The notes: generated by a model not told the origin, from the sequence alone. 59,364 nucleotides of DNA from Candidatus Peribacteraceae bacterium (GCA_028707875.1 JAQWAC010000003.1:1-59364), one strand, 5' to 3'; positions 25,409 through 35,599 are shown, counted from the first letter of the stretch. A program made the numbers and translations.

Positions 25409-26422
25409 ATGTTGCGAGTCGCCATCAACGGATACGGCCGTATCGGACGTATCGTTCATCGTCAGCTTCTCGCCCGTTTCCCGAAAGAGGTCGATGTGGT
25501 CGCCATTAATGCGTCCAGTGACGCCGCCATGCGGCGCTACCTCCTCAAGTATGACACCTTGCACGGCCGCTTTGACCATTCCGTGGAGATCTCCGGTGAG
25601 AATCTTACGATCGACGGAAAGCCCGTCTCCGTCGTGAAGGAAAAGGATCCCGCCAAATGTCCCTGGAAGAATCTGAAGGTCGATGTCGTGATCGAAGCGA
25701 CGGGGAAGTTCCGAACGAAAGAAAAAGCGCAGGCCCACCTGACCGCGGGAGCCAGAGCCGTCGTCATTACCGCTCCTCCCAAGGACGACACGCCGATGAT
25801 CGTGCGCGGCGTCAACGATGCCCTGCTGGAGAAGTCGCTCCCCATTGTCAGTGCCGCTTCCTGCACCACCAACTGCATCGCACCCGTGATACAGGTTTTG
25901 GACGTCTGGAAAGGGATCCGTCGCGGACTTCTCTGCACCACGCATTCCTATACCAGTTCACAGAACCTGCTGGACAACGCTACGGACAGTTCCAAATTGC
26001 GCATTGCGCGCGCGGCCGCTCTCAATATCATTCCTTCCACCACGGGGGCCGCCAAGGCGGTGGGCAAAATCTTCACACATCTCAAAGGAAAACTGGATGG
26101 CATGGCACTGCGGATTCCCGTCCCCGATGTCTCCGCTTCCTATTTGGTTCTGGAACTCAATGCCCCCGCAACCATCGAGGAGGTGAATGGCAAACTGCGC
26201 GAGGCATCCGAAGGGGCACTCAAGAATATTCTGGGAGTGGAAGAAGGATTACTCGTCTCATCCGACTATGTCTCCGACCCTCACTCGAGCACCGTGGATC
26301 TCGATTCCACGAATGTCATTGACGGCACCATGGTGCAAATCCTTGCCTGGTACGACAACGAATGGGGATACTCGATGCGCGTAACCGAAATGGTGCAGCA
26401 GGTGGGTGCCTTCCTCCGCTAA
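25409..26422 (+). CDS. gap: Glyceraldehyde-3-phosphate dehydrogenase, paralog 1
   Basis: VAINGYGRIGR, catalytic SCTTNC and WYDNEWGYS. 337 aa. Confidence 0.9.
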   Translation: MLRVAINGYGRIGRIVHRQLLARFPKEVDVVAINASSDAAMRRYLLKYDTLHGRFDHSVEISGENLTIDGKPVSVVKEKDPAKCPWKNLKVDVVIEATGKFRTKEKAQAHLTAGARAVVITAPPKDDTPMIVRGVNDALLEKSLPIVSAASCTTNCIAPVIQVLDVWKGIRRGLLCTTHSYTSSQNLLDNATDSSKLRIARAAALNIIPSTTGAAKAVGKIFTHLKGKLDGMALRIPVPDVSASYLVLELNAPATIEEVNGKLREASEGALKNILGVEEGLLVSSDYVSDPHSSTVDLDSTNVIDGTMVQILAWYDNEWGYSMRVTEMVQQVGAFLR

Positions 26423-26440
26423 TCCTCCCCCGATTTTTTC

Positions 26441-27382
26441 ATGGAATCCTCCCCCTCCACTCCCGCGGAAAGGCGGAGCCTGAATGCGCATCTCTACCAC
26501 GTTTCCAAAACGCCGGACGACCTGCGGCACCTGATTCTGGACATCTCCCGCGCCGCGAAATACATCAGCTACGCAATCCAGACCACCGAAGCGGGTCTTG
26601 CGGGAACAACGAACCAGTTCGGAGAGGATCAGGTGAAACTCGATGTCCTCTCCGATCGAATCATTGAGGATCACCTGCGCGAGAGTCGGCTGGTGGCAAG
26701 TTTTGCCTGCGAGGAACGTCCCGAAGTGGTGGATCTGGATCCCAAAGCGCCCTATTCCGTCGCCTTCGACCCCCTCGACGGCTCCTCCCTCGTGGATGTG
26801 AACTTCGCAATCGGATCGATCTTCGGCATCTACAAGGGGAAGAGCGTCCTGGGCCGCAAGCCGAAGGAACAGGTGGCCGCCCTCTATGTTCTCTACGGGC
26901 CGCGCACCATCCTTGTCTACTCCACCGGCAAAGGTGTACATGAATTCCTTCTGAACGATGTGGGTGAGTTCATTCTGCTCCGCGAGTATCTGGGCGTGGC
27001 CGATGACGCGAAAAATTTCAGTCCGGGCAATCTCCGCGGCGTCGACGAGACCAAAGGATACCGCGACGTGGTGGAGACATCACTGACGGCCAAGCTGACC
27101 CTTCGTTATTCCGGCTGCCTGGTGGCGGATGTGCATCATATCTTCAGCAAGGGGCAGGGCCTCTTCACCTTCCCGGGAAGCGCGAAGTACCCGACGGGAA
27201 AACTCCGCCTCGCCTTCGAGTGCGGGCCATTCGCGTATCTTGCCGAGCAGGCCGGTGCCGCGGCATCCGACGGGAATGGCCATATTCTCGACCTGACGAT
27301 CGAGTCCGTCGACCAGCGCTGCCCGCTCATCATCGGCTCCAGGAACGACGTGAAGAAAGTGTGCGGGATGCTCAATGCGTAG
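26441..27382 (+). CDS. fbp: Fructose-1,6-bisphosphatase class I
   Basis: FDPLDGSS, YVLYGPRT and GKLRLAFECGPFAYLAEQAGG-type motifs. Lies 18 nt after gap paralog 1. Confidence 0.9.
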   Translation: MESSPSTPAERRSLNAHLYHVSKTPDDLRHLILDISRAAKYISYAIQTTEAGLAGTTNQFGEDQVKLDVLSDRIIEDHLRESRLVASFACEERPEVVDLDPKAPYSVAFDPLDGSSLVDVNFAIGSIFGIYKGKSVLGRKPKEQVAALYVLYGPRTILVYSTGKGVHEFLLNDVGEFILLREYLGVADDAKNFSPGNLRGVDETKGYRDVVETSLTAKLTLRYSGCLVADVHHIFSKGQGLFTFPGSAKYPTGKLRLAFECGPFAYLAEQAGAAASDGNGHILDLTIESVDQRCPLIIGSRNDVKKVCGMLNA

Positions 27383-27500
27383 GAATAATTCGAAGGCATT
27401 GAAGGTACACGGAACGTTTTGATAGTACGGAAGGCAGAGAACAGTTCCCATCCCTGCTTAACTTACATTCCTTACATCTTTATTACTTTACCTCCTGAGC

Positions 27501-27842
27501 TTACTGTTCAGTAACAGGCTCCTGACTTTTGTTTTCCGCTGTCGGCACATCCCAGTAGGCCTCTTTCAGCGCACGTCCCATAGCCACGTCCAGCGTCTGC
27601 ACACGCTCGGGGTCCTTGGCTTTTCCCTCAAGGTTGTACAGCTTCTTCAGCGACCGGTACGATCCCCAGATGTAATACTCCTTGCGGCGCGGTGCCCTCC
27701 TCTTGTCATCGCCTTCCCTCTCCGGACGCGGCGGGCGTTCCAATGGAATCACATCTCCCGCTTTGTTCCACTTCACCGGACCGATCACCGTACGGGAGTC
27801 GGTGTCGATATAGACAAAGTCGGTATCGGCATAGGAAGACAT
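27501..27842 (-). CDS. Hypothetical protein (113 aa)
   Basis: Internal ATG of track ORF 27501..27977 (MSSYADTDFVYIDTDSRTVIGPVKWNKAGD...). No recognisable domain. Confidence 0.5.
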   Translation of the reverse strand: MSSYADTDFVYIDTDSRTVIGPVKWNKAGDVIPLERPPRPEREGDDKRRAPRRKEYYIWGSYRSLKKLYNLEGKAKDPERVQTLDVAMGRALKEAYWDVPTAENKSQEPVTEQ

Positions 27843-27909
27843 CGTAAGCAGTATAGCAGAGACCGGGAATCTGAAATCAGACTGCGTCCCGATATTCCGG
27901 TATTTCCGC

Positions 27910-28491
27910 TTATCGGTACATCCGATGTTCTTCGACGGGGGGAGGCGGAGGGGGAGGAGGTTTGGCGGGCGCTTCAAAATACTCCTGCTTATCGACTGAT
28001 TTCGACTGTTCCTCGGGATGATGGAAGAGTTCCTGCACTTCGTTTCTGCGCTGTTCCTGAAAACGAAGGAAAGAATAGAGCATCGCCACGAGTCCTCCGA
28101 TGAGCGATACGTAAATCCCGAACCGGATCTCCATGCGCGAGAATTCGAGCGTGACTTTGATGAGGACCGACAGCGAGGCCAGAATCAGAATGATCGCCTG
28201 AGACGTGGCCATAAACCGAACGGCCTCACGATGCCGACGCCTGACAAGAATCGGCCCGCCCGTAAGCGGAATCACCGTAATGAGAAGCACAAAAAGCTGC
28301 AGACCGAAAATGACGATGCCGATAAAAGACGTGTAAAACCCGAATCCCGAATGGGATGAGTCCTGACCGCCCAACGTCTGCCCGCCGATCCAGGGAAAGA
28401 ACACTCCGATAAGACTCAAAAACGCGCCGATATTCAGAATTTTCTCCTCGAGTTCGAGAGAAAGCAGTTTTCGGAAGAAATTGGAGGCCAT
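27910..28491 (-). CDS. Multi-pass membrane protein with a C-terminal poly-Pro tail
   Basis: Internal ATG 28491 (MASNFFRKLLSLELEEK...). About 5 TM helices. Ends ...APAKPPPPPPPPVEEHRMYR. Confidence 0.6.
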   Translation of the reverse strand: MASNFFRKLLSLELEEKILNIGAFLSLIGVFFPWIGGQTLGGQDSSHSGFGFYTSFIGIVIFGLQLFVLLITVIPLTGGPILVRRRHREAVRFMATSQAIILILASLSVLIKVTLEFSRMEIRFGIYVSLIGGLVAMLYSFLRFQEQRRNEVQELFHHPEEQSKSVDKQEYFEAPAKPPPPPPPPVEEHRMYR

Positions 28492-28539
28492 CGGTGGGCG
28501 AGCATAGCACCGTCCGCTCATTGGCACTAGACTGGAGCC

Positions 28540-29601
28540 ATGCTTCGGATTGCCATTGATGTGCGTGCCGCGCTCGTGTCCCGTCCCACGGGCAAGGGAC
28601 AGTGGGTGCGGGGATTCGTGGCCGAGCTCCTCTCCCGCTCCGTTCCGCTTCTTCTCCTCAGCGACACGCCGATCCCCTCCTCCTGGCAACGCCCGCATGC
28701 GGAATCACTCATCCGATCGCCCGGGCTTCTCTGGCACCTTTCTGTTGCACATGCTCTCTTTAAACGAAGAAAGGATGTCATTTTTTTCGCACCGACGAGC
28801 TTCATCATTCCCTTCCTTGCAGGCGGGAGCGTCCGGACCGTTCCGCTTGTCCATGATCTCATTGCCTTCCGCGGGGAGCCGCATGACCGCAAGGCGACGT
28901 ACATCGAACATCTGACACTCGCAGGAGCGCTGAGGAAAGCCGCGCATATCTGCACCATCAGCGAAGCGACAAAGAGGGATCTTCTCTCCCGTTATCCCTT
29001 CCTGAAAGCGGATGCCGTTTCCGTCCTGTACGCAGGACCGTTTGTCTCTTTGCCGCCGCCGAACAGTCCGGACGGAAGAACGATACTCACGATCGGAACG
29101 CTCTGCCCGAGGAAGAATCAGCTGAGACTCATCCGTGCCTTCGCACGACTGCCGGATGATCTGCGCACTGCGACGAAGCTCGTTCTTGCGGGCGGCCGCG
29201 GATGGCACGACGATGAAATCGTGCGTCTTGCGTCCGTGACGCGGGGCGTGGAGTGGCGGGGCTATGTTGCCGACGACGAATATGCGTCTCTCCTCGCTGC
29301 CTGCACGATCTTCGCGTTCCCGTCTCTCTACGAAGGCTTCGGGATGCCCGTGCTCGACGCGCTGCAGCGCGGGATTCCCGTGCTGGTCAGCAGTCGCGGA
29401 AGCCTGCCGGAAGTTGCCGGAGATGCCGCGCTCTTCGTGGATCCGGAAGACGAAACCTCCATTGCGAAGGGGCTCGAGACATTATTGCGGGATGAGGCTC
29501 TCCGCAGCTGTTTGGGCGCGGAAGGGCGGGTTCAGGCACGGAAATTCAGTTGGAAGAATACCGTTGATCTGTTCCTGAGTGCCGTGCAGATCGTTTCCTG
29601 A
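28540..29601 (+). CDS. GT4-family glycosyltransferase
   Basis: EGFGMPVLDALQRGIPVLVSSRGSLPEVAGDAALFVDPED. TAGACT lies 6 nt before the ATG. Confidence 0.85.
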   Translation: MLRIAIDVRAALVSRPTGKGQWVRGFVAELLSRSVPLLLLSDTPIPSSWQRPHAESLIRSPGLLWHLSVAHALFKRRKDVIFFAPTSFIIPFLAGGSVRTVPLVHDLIAFRGEPHDRKATYIEHLTLAGALRKAAHICTISEATKRDLLSRYPFLKADAVSVLYAGPFVSLPPPNSPDGRTILTIGTLCPRKNQLRLIRAFARLPDDLRTATKLVLAGGRGWHDDEIVRLASVTRGVEWRGYVADDEYASLLAACTIFAFPSLYEGFGMPVLDALQRGIPVLVSSRGSLPEVAGDAALFVDPEDETSIAKGLETLLRDEALRSCLGAEGRVQARKFSWKNTVDLFLSAVQIVS

Positions 29602-29618
29602 AGCGGTATACTGCACTC

Positions 29619-30500
29619 ATGCCACGCCTCAAGCGCATCGGCATCACCGTGAAGTCCGCATTCGATCATAAGGACGAAGCCGTTGAACGTGTCATCGAAG
29701 TTCTGAAGAAGGAGAAATGCACCATCTTCGTCGATACGCAGCGCCTCAAAGGACACCCCTGCATTCGCGGATGTGAGACCATCGATGAGAAGCAGCATCT
29801 TGACCTCCTCATCGTCATCGGCGGTGACGGCACCGTGCTCCGCTCCATCCGGGAGCTGAAGAACTTTTCCATGCCGATCCTCAGCATCAACCGTGGAACC
29901 GTGGGATTCCTTGCCGAGATCGAACTCAGGGAAGCGGATCGTGTTCTGCCGGCTCTGCTGAGGGGTCAGGGTGTGATCGATGAGCGCAGCATCCTGATGG
30001 TGGAAGCCGTGCGGGGACGCAAGACGATTTTTTCTGGCGTCGCACTCAATGAAGCCGTGATCGCACAGGGAACCATTGCGCGTCTCATCAACCTCAGAAC
30101 CTCCGTGAACGAGGAGGATCTCACCACCTATCATGCGGACGGGCTCATTGTGGCGACGCCGACCGGCTCCACGGCCTACTCGCTCGCGGCAGGCGGTCCG
30201 ATCGTTCATCCCGGCTTCGGTCCGGCGATGATTCTGACACCCATCAATCCCTACAGCTTTTCCCAGAAGCCCATCGTCATCCGCGGCGACAGCAGAGTCG
30301 AAGTGAATGTTCATATGAAGGTCCGGAAGTTCGCGGATATTGAAGTGAATCTGACGCTCGACGGTCAGATGTACATCCCCCTGCAGAACGGCGACCGTAT
30401 TCGTGCCACGGTGGCGAAGCAGACGGTCAAGTTCCTTCGCATGAAGCAGGAAACATTCCTCAGCACCCTGCGCTCCAAATTAAAGTGGGGGGAACGGTAA
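29619..30500 (+). CDS. nadK: NAD kinase
   Basis: IGGDGTVLR, NRGTVGFL and TPTGSTAYSLAAGGPIV. TATACT lies 6 nt before the ATG. Confidence 0.9.
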   Translation: MPRLKRIGITVKSAFDHKDEAVERVIEVLKKEKCTIFVDTQRLKGHPCIRGCETIDEKQHLDLLIVIGGDGTVLRSIRELKNFSMPILSINRGTVGFLAEIELREADRVLPALLRGQGVIDERSILMVEAVRGRKTIFSGVALNEAVIAQGTIARLINLRTSVNEEDLTTYHADGLIVATPTGSTAYSLAAGGPIVHPGFGPAMILTPINPYSFSQKPIVIRGDSRVEVNVHMKVRKFADIEVNLTLDGQMYIPLQNGDRIRATVAKQTVKFLRMKQETFLSTLRSKLKWGER

Positions 30501-30587
30501 TCATGAGAGAAAAACCGCAGGTTTGTCTCACGAGGAGTGGCCCCGGACTGGCGGAGCACGTCTTCGCCACACAAGTTTTTTGAGAGA

Positions 30588-31829
30588 CTACTCCCTGACA
30601 ATCATCGCCTCGCGCCCCTGCCCCGTCCCCGTGAGAGCAACCGGAACACCTGTTTGCTTCTCAATGAAGGTGAGGTATCCCTGCGCATTTTTGGGCAGCT
30701 TCCCGAATGACGTGACGCCCTGGGTCGAGGCCTTCCAGCCGGGAAGATTTTCGAACTTCACCGATCCGTCCGCATTCACTCCGACTCCCACGGGAATCGT
30801 TTCCTCCTCGTCCAGCACGTCGAGCTTGGTGATATTCCATTGCGTGTACCCGTTGATGTCGGCTGAGAATCGGAGGTCCGGAAGGTGCAGCCAGCCGCAG
30901 CGGCGCGGCCTGCCCGTCGTGGCGCCGTACTCCCCTCCCCGTTCGCGAAGCCGGTCCCCCGTCTCTCCCGTCACTTCCGTCAGGAACTCCCCCTCCCCCA
31001 CCCGCGTGCAGTACGCCTTCGCCACTCCGATGCAGGACGTGAGGCGACGCGGCGGAAGTCCGAGCCCCTGCAACGCCCCCGCGACGGTCGTGGAACTGCT
31101 TGTCACGTACGGATAGGTGCCGTGATCGATGTCGAGCAGCGTCGCCTGTGCGCCTTCGATCAGAATCGTCTTCCCTTCCTTCAGCAAGCGGTGGAGCAGC
31201 GCGACGGTATTCGTCACCCGCCCCGCAAGAACCTTTCGCGCCTCGGCAAGGTGCTTCTGTTCCAGAGCGACATCAACGGTCACGCCGTAAGCGTGCTTCA
31301 CCTGTTCCACTCTGGCTTCCAGTTCCTTCGTGAGATCGTCCTTCAGACTCCCCATACGGATGCCGCGACGCGCGGCTTTGTCCATATAGGCGGGCCCGAT
31401 GCCGCGTCGTGTCGTCCCGATCCCCTTCCCGCTCCTGGCGGCTCGCAGCTCCTCCATCGCCGCATCGATATCCTTGTGAAACTCAAAGAGAATGTGTGCC
31501 TCCTCGGAAATGAAGAGCCGTGGCAGCACATCAATGCCCGCTTCTTCCAGCGTGCGGATTTCCTCGAGGACGGTCGGCAGATGCAGCACCATGCCCGATC
31601 CGACGATCACGGTCGTGTTCGGATGAAGCGCCCCGGAGGGGAGCAGATGAAACACGTGCTTCTTCCCCTTCACGACAATCGTATGCCCCGCATTCGCACC
31701 TCCAGCGGCACGCGCAATGACATCATAGTGTTCCGCGAGCATGTCGATCGCCTTGCCCTTCCCCTCATCCCCCCACTGCGCGCCGATGATGGCGCAGACG
31801 GGGCCGAGGGTCTTCAGGAGTTTCTCCAC
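30588..31829 (-). CDS. purA: Adenylosuccinate synthase
   Basis: GAQWGDEGKGK P-loop, GIGPAY and TTGRPRRCGW. Confidence 0.95.
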   Translation of the reverse strand: MEKLLKTLGPVCAIIGAQWGDEGKGKAIDMLAEHYDVIARAAGGANAGHTIVVKGKKHVFHLLPSGALHPNTTVIVGSGMVLHLPTVLEEIRTLEEAGIDVLPRLFISEEAHILFEFHKDIDAAMEELRAARSGKGIGTTRRGIGPAYMDKAARRGIRMGSLKDDLTKELEARVEQVKHAYGVTVDVALEQKHLAEARKVLAGRVTNTVALLHRLLKEGKTILIEGAQATLLDIDHGTYPYVTSSSTTVAGALQGLGLPPRRLTSCIGVAKAYCTRVGEGEFLTEVTGETGDRLRERGGEYGATTGRPRRCGWLHLPDLRFSADINGYTQWNITKLDVLDEEETIPVGVGVNADGSVKFENLPGWKASTQGVTSFGKLPKNAQGYLTFIEKQTGVPVALTGTGQGREAMIVRE

Positions 31830-31841
31830 ACGGACACAGTA

Positions 31842-32027
31842 TCAAGTATCCCGGCCTTTGAGAAGTCGACTCCCGCACCCGCTTTCAATCATCAGCCGGA
31901 TCTCCCGGAACAACGGATCATTTTCTATATCCGGATCCTCCTCAACAAGGGTCGGATCGTTTTCTTTCTCCTTCTGCCATCGTGCCAGGCGTTCCGCGAC
32001 ATTCCCGTCGAATCCTTCCTGTGACAT
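31842..32027 (-). CDS. Small acidic hypothetical protein (61 aa)
   Basis: ATG 32027 (MSQEGFDGNVAERLARWQKEKENDPTLVEEDPDIEND...). Lies between prmC and purA on the same strand. Confidence 0.3.
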   Translation of the reverse strand: MSQEGFDGNVAERLARWQKEKENDPTLVEEDPDIENDPLFREIRLMIESGCGSRLLKGRDT

Positions 32028-32053
32028 GTATCCAGAATAGCTTATTGGCTTAT

Positions 32054-32848
32054 TCAAGCCAAAATTTTCTCTATTTGATCGCTCTGGCATTCGAGGAGAA
32101 TCCCCGCGCAGAAAGGATGATTCAACGCCTGAGCATAGATACTCCGGAGAATGTCCGTCCCGTCCGGTCCGCCGAAGAGCGCGGAGGCGGGCTCAAACTC
32201 CTTCACTTCCGCGTCCAGAGCCGCATTGTCCGGGACATACGGCGGATTGGAAACGATGAGGAACGGTTCCCAGAGATTCTGCACCGGCTGCAGTCCGCTT
32301 CCGGACAGAAATTCAATCTTCTCCGCAACTCCGTTACGCTCCGCATTCCCCCGCGCAATGGCGAGGGCTTCCCCGCTGATGTCCGTCGCAGTGACACGCA
32401 TGCCGGGACATTCCAGCGCAAGCGTCACCGCAATGCATCCGGATCCCGTCCCGCAGTCCACAATCGTCTTCGGACGGAGATTCTTTCGAAAAACCCGCGC
32501 AAGCACGGAAATATTCGCATCCACCTCGCGCAATTCATCACAGGGATCGCGGACGAAGCGCACCGTCGAGACAACAAGCTGTTCCGTCGAGGGGCGCGGA
32601 ATCAGGACCGCGGGCGTGACATGAAAAGTGCGTGCGAAAAATTCTTTCTTCCCCGTAATGTAACATACGGGTTCGCCGGACTTTCTTCGCCTGAAGAACG
32701 CATCGATGCGCCGGCGATCATCATCTGTGATCCGTTCATTGGGATGAGCCAGTATCCACGTCCGCTCCCTCCCAAGGGCCTCGGCAGCCAGAATCTCGCT
32801 CTCGACACGATCAAGTCCGCCGCCCGCGATGATCTCCCCGATGCTCAT
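32054..32848 (-). CDS. prmC: Release factor glutamine N5-methyltransferase
   Basis: VDCGTGSGCIA and NPPY (IVSNPPYVP). ATG 32848 forms an ATGA overlap with the upstream glycosyltransferase stop. The track start is 32887. Confidence 0.9.
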   Translation of the reverse strand: MSIGEIIAGGGLDRVESEILAAEALGRERTWILAHPNERITDDDRRRIDAFFRRRKSGEPVCYITGKKEFFARTFHVTPAVLIPRPSTEQLVVSTVRFVRDPCDELREVDANISVLARVFRKNLRPKTIVDCGTGSGCIAVTLALECPGMRVTATDISGEALAIARGNAERNGVAEKIEFLSGSGLQPVQNLWEPFLIVSNPPYVPDNAALDAEVKEFEPASALFGGPDGTDILRSIYAQALNHPFCAGILLECQSDQIEKILA

Positions 32849-33981
32849 GGGACGAGCAACTGATAGAAAAATGTAAAGACGCTCCACTGATTCTTCTCCG
32901 GATCATACGCACTTCGAGCGTGCACCATCGCTTCCGCTGCGCGGACGTTCCACCGTCCGGGCCCCGTGCAGAAATCACGCAGAGCGGCTGCCAGAGCCTG
33001 CGGCTCGGGTTGCACCACTTCCGCAAACCGTCCGTCACCCGCAAGAATCGGCAACATTCCGCGATTGGAGACAATCAGCGGTTTGCCGCGCGCCATGGCC
33101 TCAATCGCGGTAAGACCGAAAGGTTCTTCCCAGACGGAGGGGACAATCACCAGGCCCGCCCCGTCGTACAGATGCGGGAGCGGCGCCTCCCAGTGAATCA
33201 CGTGCACATGCGTCGGGTCGTTCTTTGCGGCATCCTTCAGTGTCGCTTCCACGTCCGCCCCCTTCCCCTCAAAGAGCGCCGCTCCGGCAAACACCATGTG
33301 ACAGGGGCCATCCCGCAGCTGTCGGAACGCTTCGAGCGCGACCAACTGCCCCTTGTTCGGCGAGAATCTTCCGGGTACCAGCACGATCGGCAGCGCGTCC
33401 GTGATCCCAAGCGTCTTCCGTAATTCATCCGCATGAATCTCCGGCGACAGAAAATCCTGTGAGACCCAATTCGGAACAATGCGCACGTTGGGGAGTGACT
33501 GAAAAGGTTCCGCCACCGGCGATGAAGGGGCGATGGCGACGGTCTGCGGCAACTTCAGGAATGAAGAAACGAGCCAGCGGGGGAATCCCCGAAACACCGA
33601 GTGGAGATAGAGGGCGGCGGGCTTCCCGTACGAACGCACCCACTGCTTCGCAATTCCCATTGTCCGCAGCCCGTTCACGACGATGAGATCACACTGCCTC
33701 CCCAGTTCCGCGTACTCCGCCGCCGCACGGCGTGAGAAGAGATAGCCGCGAATCACATCCGCACAGGACTTTCGTCCGCTCCGCATGGGCGGCACGGGGA
33801 GAGGATGCACTTCGACTCCCCGTTCCTTCAGCGCGCGTGCCAAAGGCCCTTCCGGACACAGCACAATGACTTTCCACTCTCTCTTGAGAGCCGTCAATGC
33901 AAGATCGATGAGGATCCGTTGTCCACCGCCGATCTGGCCGAACTGATCGAAGAAAAGGATGGTGCGCGTCCGCGGATTCAT
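32845..33981 (-). CDS. GT4-family glycosyltransferase
   Basis: EEPFGLTAIEAMARGKPLIVSNRG signature, 378 aa. Confidence 0.85.
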   Translation of the reverse strand: MNPRTRTILFFDQFGQIGGGQRILIDLALTALKREWKVIVLCPEGPLARALKERGVEVHPLPVPPMRSGRKSCADVIRGYLFSRRAAAEYAELGRQCDLIVVNGLRTMGIAKQWVRSYGKPAALYLHSVFRGFPRWLVSSFLKLPQTVAIAPSSPVAEPFQSLPNVRIVPNWVSQDFLSPEIHADELRKTLGITDALPIVLVPGRFSPNKGQLVALEAFRQLRDGPCHMVFAGAALFEGKGADVEATLKDAAKNDPTHVHVIHWEAPLPHLYDGAGLVIVPSVWEEPFGLTAIEAMARGKPLIVSNRGMLPILAGDGRFAEVVQPEPQALAAALRDFCTGPGRWNVRAAEAMVHARSAYDPEKNQWSVFTFFYQLLVP

Positions 33982-34037
33982 GGCTGCATCATAGTACGGA
34001 GGCGTACACTACGCTTGCACTTCCTCTTTACTCCTTC

Positions 34038-34355
34038 ATGGATCGCCTCTCTTCATTTCTGCCTCAGATCCTCAATAAGCGCGGTCTTCTGGTGCGCGCC
34101 GAAGCGAGCCTCGTCATCCACCATGCGGAACAATGGCTGAAGGAGACGCTCCCGAATCTGAAGGACGGCATCACCGCAAAGTCCCTTGGCGAAGACGGCA
34201 CCCTGCTCATCGAATGTGCGCACTCCGTAGCCGCTCAGGAATGCCAGATTGAGCTTCCGCACCTGATTCTGTTCCTGCGCGATCATTGCGGTCATTCCTC
34301 CCTCCGAACCGCGCGGATCATCCGGTCACGTGCCGCCTCCCCGGCCCCGGCGTAA
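34038..34355 (+). CDS. DUF721 / DciA-like protein
   Basis: 105 aa. MDRLSSFLPQILNKRGL...W...LIIECAHSVAAQECQ pattern typical of DUF721. Confidence 0.55.
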   Translation: MDRLSSFLPQILNKRGLLVRAEASLVIHHAEQWLKETLPNLKDGITAKSLGEDGTLLIECAHSVAAQECQIELPHLILFLRDHCGHSSLRTARIIRSRAASPAPA

Positions 34356-34391
34356 GAGAGACGCACGGCGGAAATAGGACGATTCTTTTGC

Positions 34392-34420
34392 TTGCGTCTT
34401 CCGTGGCGCTCTCCTAGACT
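34392..34420 (+). promoter_or_regulatory. rpsP promoter TTGCGT-17-TAGACT (39-nt leader with AAAGAGG)
   Basis: Read directly. Confidence 0.45.
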
Positions 34421-34459
34421 CTCCGCGCCCTTTCCCTTAGAAAGAGGTTTCGTGTTCTT

Positions 34460-34828
34460 ATGCTCGTCATCCGTCTCCAGCGTACCGGCCGCAGCAAGCT
34501 CCCCGCCTATCGCCTCGTTCTGGCGGAGAAGGCACGTCCGGTGAAAGGCAAATTCCTCGAAATTCTCGGTCACTCCCTGCCCGCCCGTGATTCCGCGGTC
34601 TTTGAGTGTAATCAGGAGCGTATCCTCCACTGGATCAAGAGTGGAGCCATTCCGAGCAATACGGCCGCACGCCTCCTCCGGAAAGCCGGCATGAAGGATA
34701 TGGAGAAATTCATCGAGACCTATACGAAGAAGAAATCGAAGAAGGCTCCTCCGGAAGGCGAAGTCGCGGCTGCCGCACCGGCCCCCGCGGCCGCGGAAGC
34801 GCCGAAAACGGAGGCTCCCGCCGCGTAA
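34460..34828 (+). CDS. rpsP: 30S ribosomal protein S16 with an Ala/Pro/Lys-rich C-terminal extension
   Basis: MLVIRLQRTGRSKLPAYRLVLAE... Confidence 0.9.
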   Translation: MLVIRLQRTGRSKLPAYRLVLAEKARPVKGKFLEILGHSLPARDSAVFECNQERILHWIKSGAIPSNTAARLLRKAGMKDMEKFIETYTKKKSKKAPPEGEVAAAAPAPAAAEAPKTEAPAA

Positions 34829-34875
34829 ATCAACTTCGTGACAAGGAGCATGAGAGTCGTTAGACTCCCGTGTGT

Positions 34876-35160
34876 ATGTCCGAAACCGCTTCCGCTGAAC
34901 TCCCCGGCTTTGCATTCCTGAAGTACGTTCTCGAATCGATCTGCGAGGACAAGGACGAGCTTTCCGTCAACGCCCAGAAAGACGAATTGGGCATCCTCCT
35001 GACCATACAGGTCAGCGAGCGCGACATGGGAAAGCTCATCGGCAAGGGCGGCCAGACGGTGAAGGCGTTGCGCACCCTGCTGCGTATCATCGGCGGCAAC
35101 GCCTCCGAGCGCGTCAATCTGAAGGTTCTGGAACCTGCCACATCCTCCACTGCGGCGTAA
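34876..35160 (+). CDS. KH-domain RNA-binding protein (YlqC-like)
   Basis: GKLIGKGGQTVKALRTLL GxxG loop, in the conserved position after rpsP. Confidence 0.85.
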   Translation: MSETASAELPGFAFLKYVLESICEDKDELSVNAQKDELGILLTIQVSERDMGKLIGKGGQTVKALRTLLRIIGGNASERVNLKVLEPATSSTAA

Positions 35161-35200
35161 CATTCGGTCCATTCTCCCCCCCTTCCTTCCTCCCTCCCCC

Positions 35201-35524
35201 ATGATTGCTGACCTCCTCCAGAACGGCAGCGCGATTGACATCGTGTCCACCTTCATCGCGCTCGGTCTCATCGCCGCGACGATTCTCTGTCTCGTCTTCA
35301 TCATTATCGGCGGCATTTCCTTCATCCTTTCCGCCGGAAACGAGGACAAGATCAAGAAGGCGGTCCACACCATCCGCTACTCGATCATCGGACTCATCGT
35401 GGCCTTCATCGCCTACTTCCTCGTGCTCTTCATCGCCCGCATCATGGATATCCCGTTCCAGCTTTCCTTCTCCGACATCATCGATCTGATGACGGAGATC
35501 ATGAGTTCCATGAGCAATAAATAG
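35201..35524 (+). CDS. VirB2/TrbC-like mini-pilin (two-TM)
   Basis: 107 aa. IIIGGISFILSAGNEDKIKKAVHTIRYSIIGLIVAFIAYFLV matches the layout of T4SS-pilin-like proteins common in CPR genomes. Confidence 0.6.
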   Translation: MIADLLQNGSAIDIVSTFIALGLIAATILCLVFIIIGGISFILSAGNEDKIKKAVHTIRYSIIGLIVAFIAYFLVLFIARIMDIPFQLSFSDIIDLMTEIMSSMSNK

Positions 35525-35545
35525 AAGGTTCCTTCCCCTGCTGCC

Positions 35546-35573
35546 AAAAGGACGCCCATGCGGACGTCCTTTT
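35546..35573. terminator. Bidirectional hairpin AAAAGGACG-loop-CGTCCTTTT between convergent genes
   Basis: Read directly. A/T runs on both sides. Confidence 0.55.
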
Positions 35574-35599
35574 CCTATCGGGCAATTATCCATTCTTCC

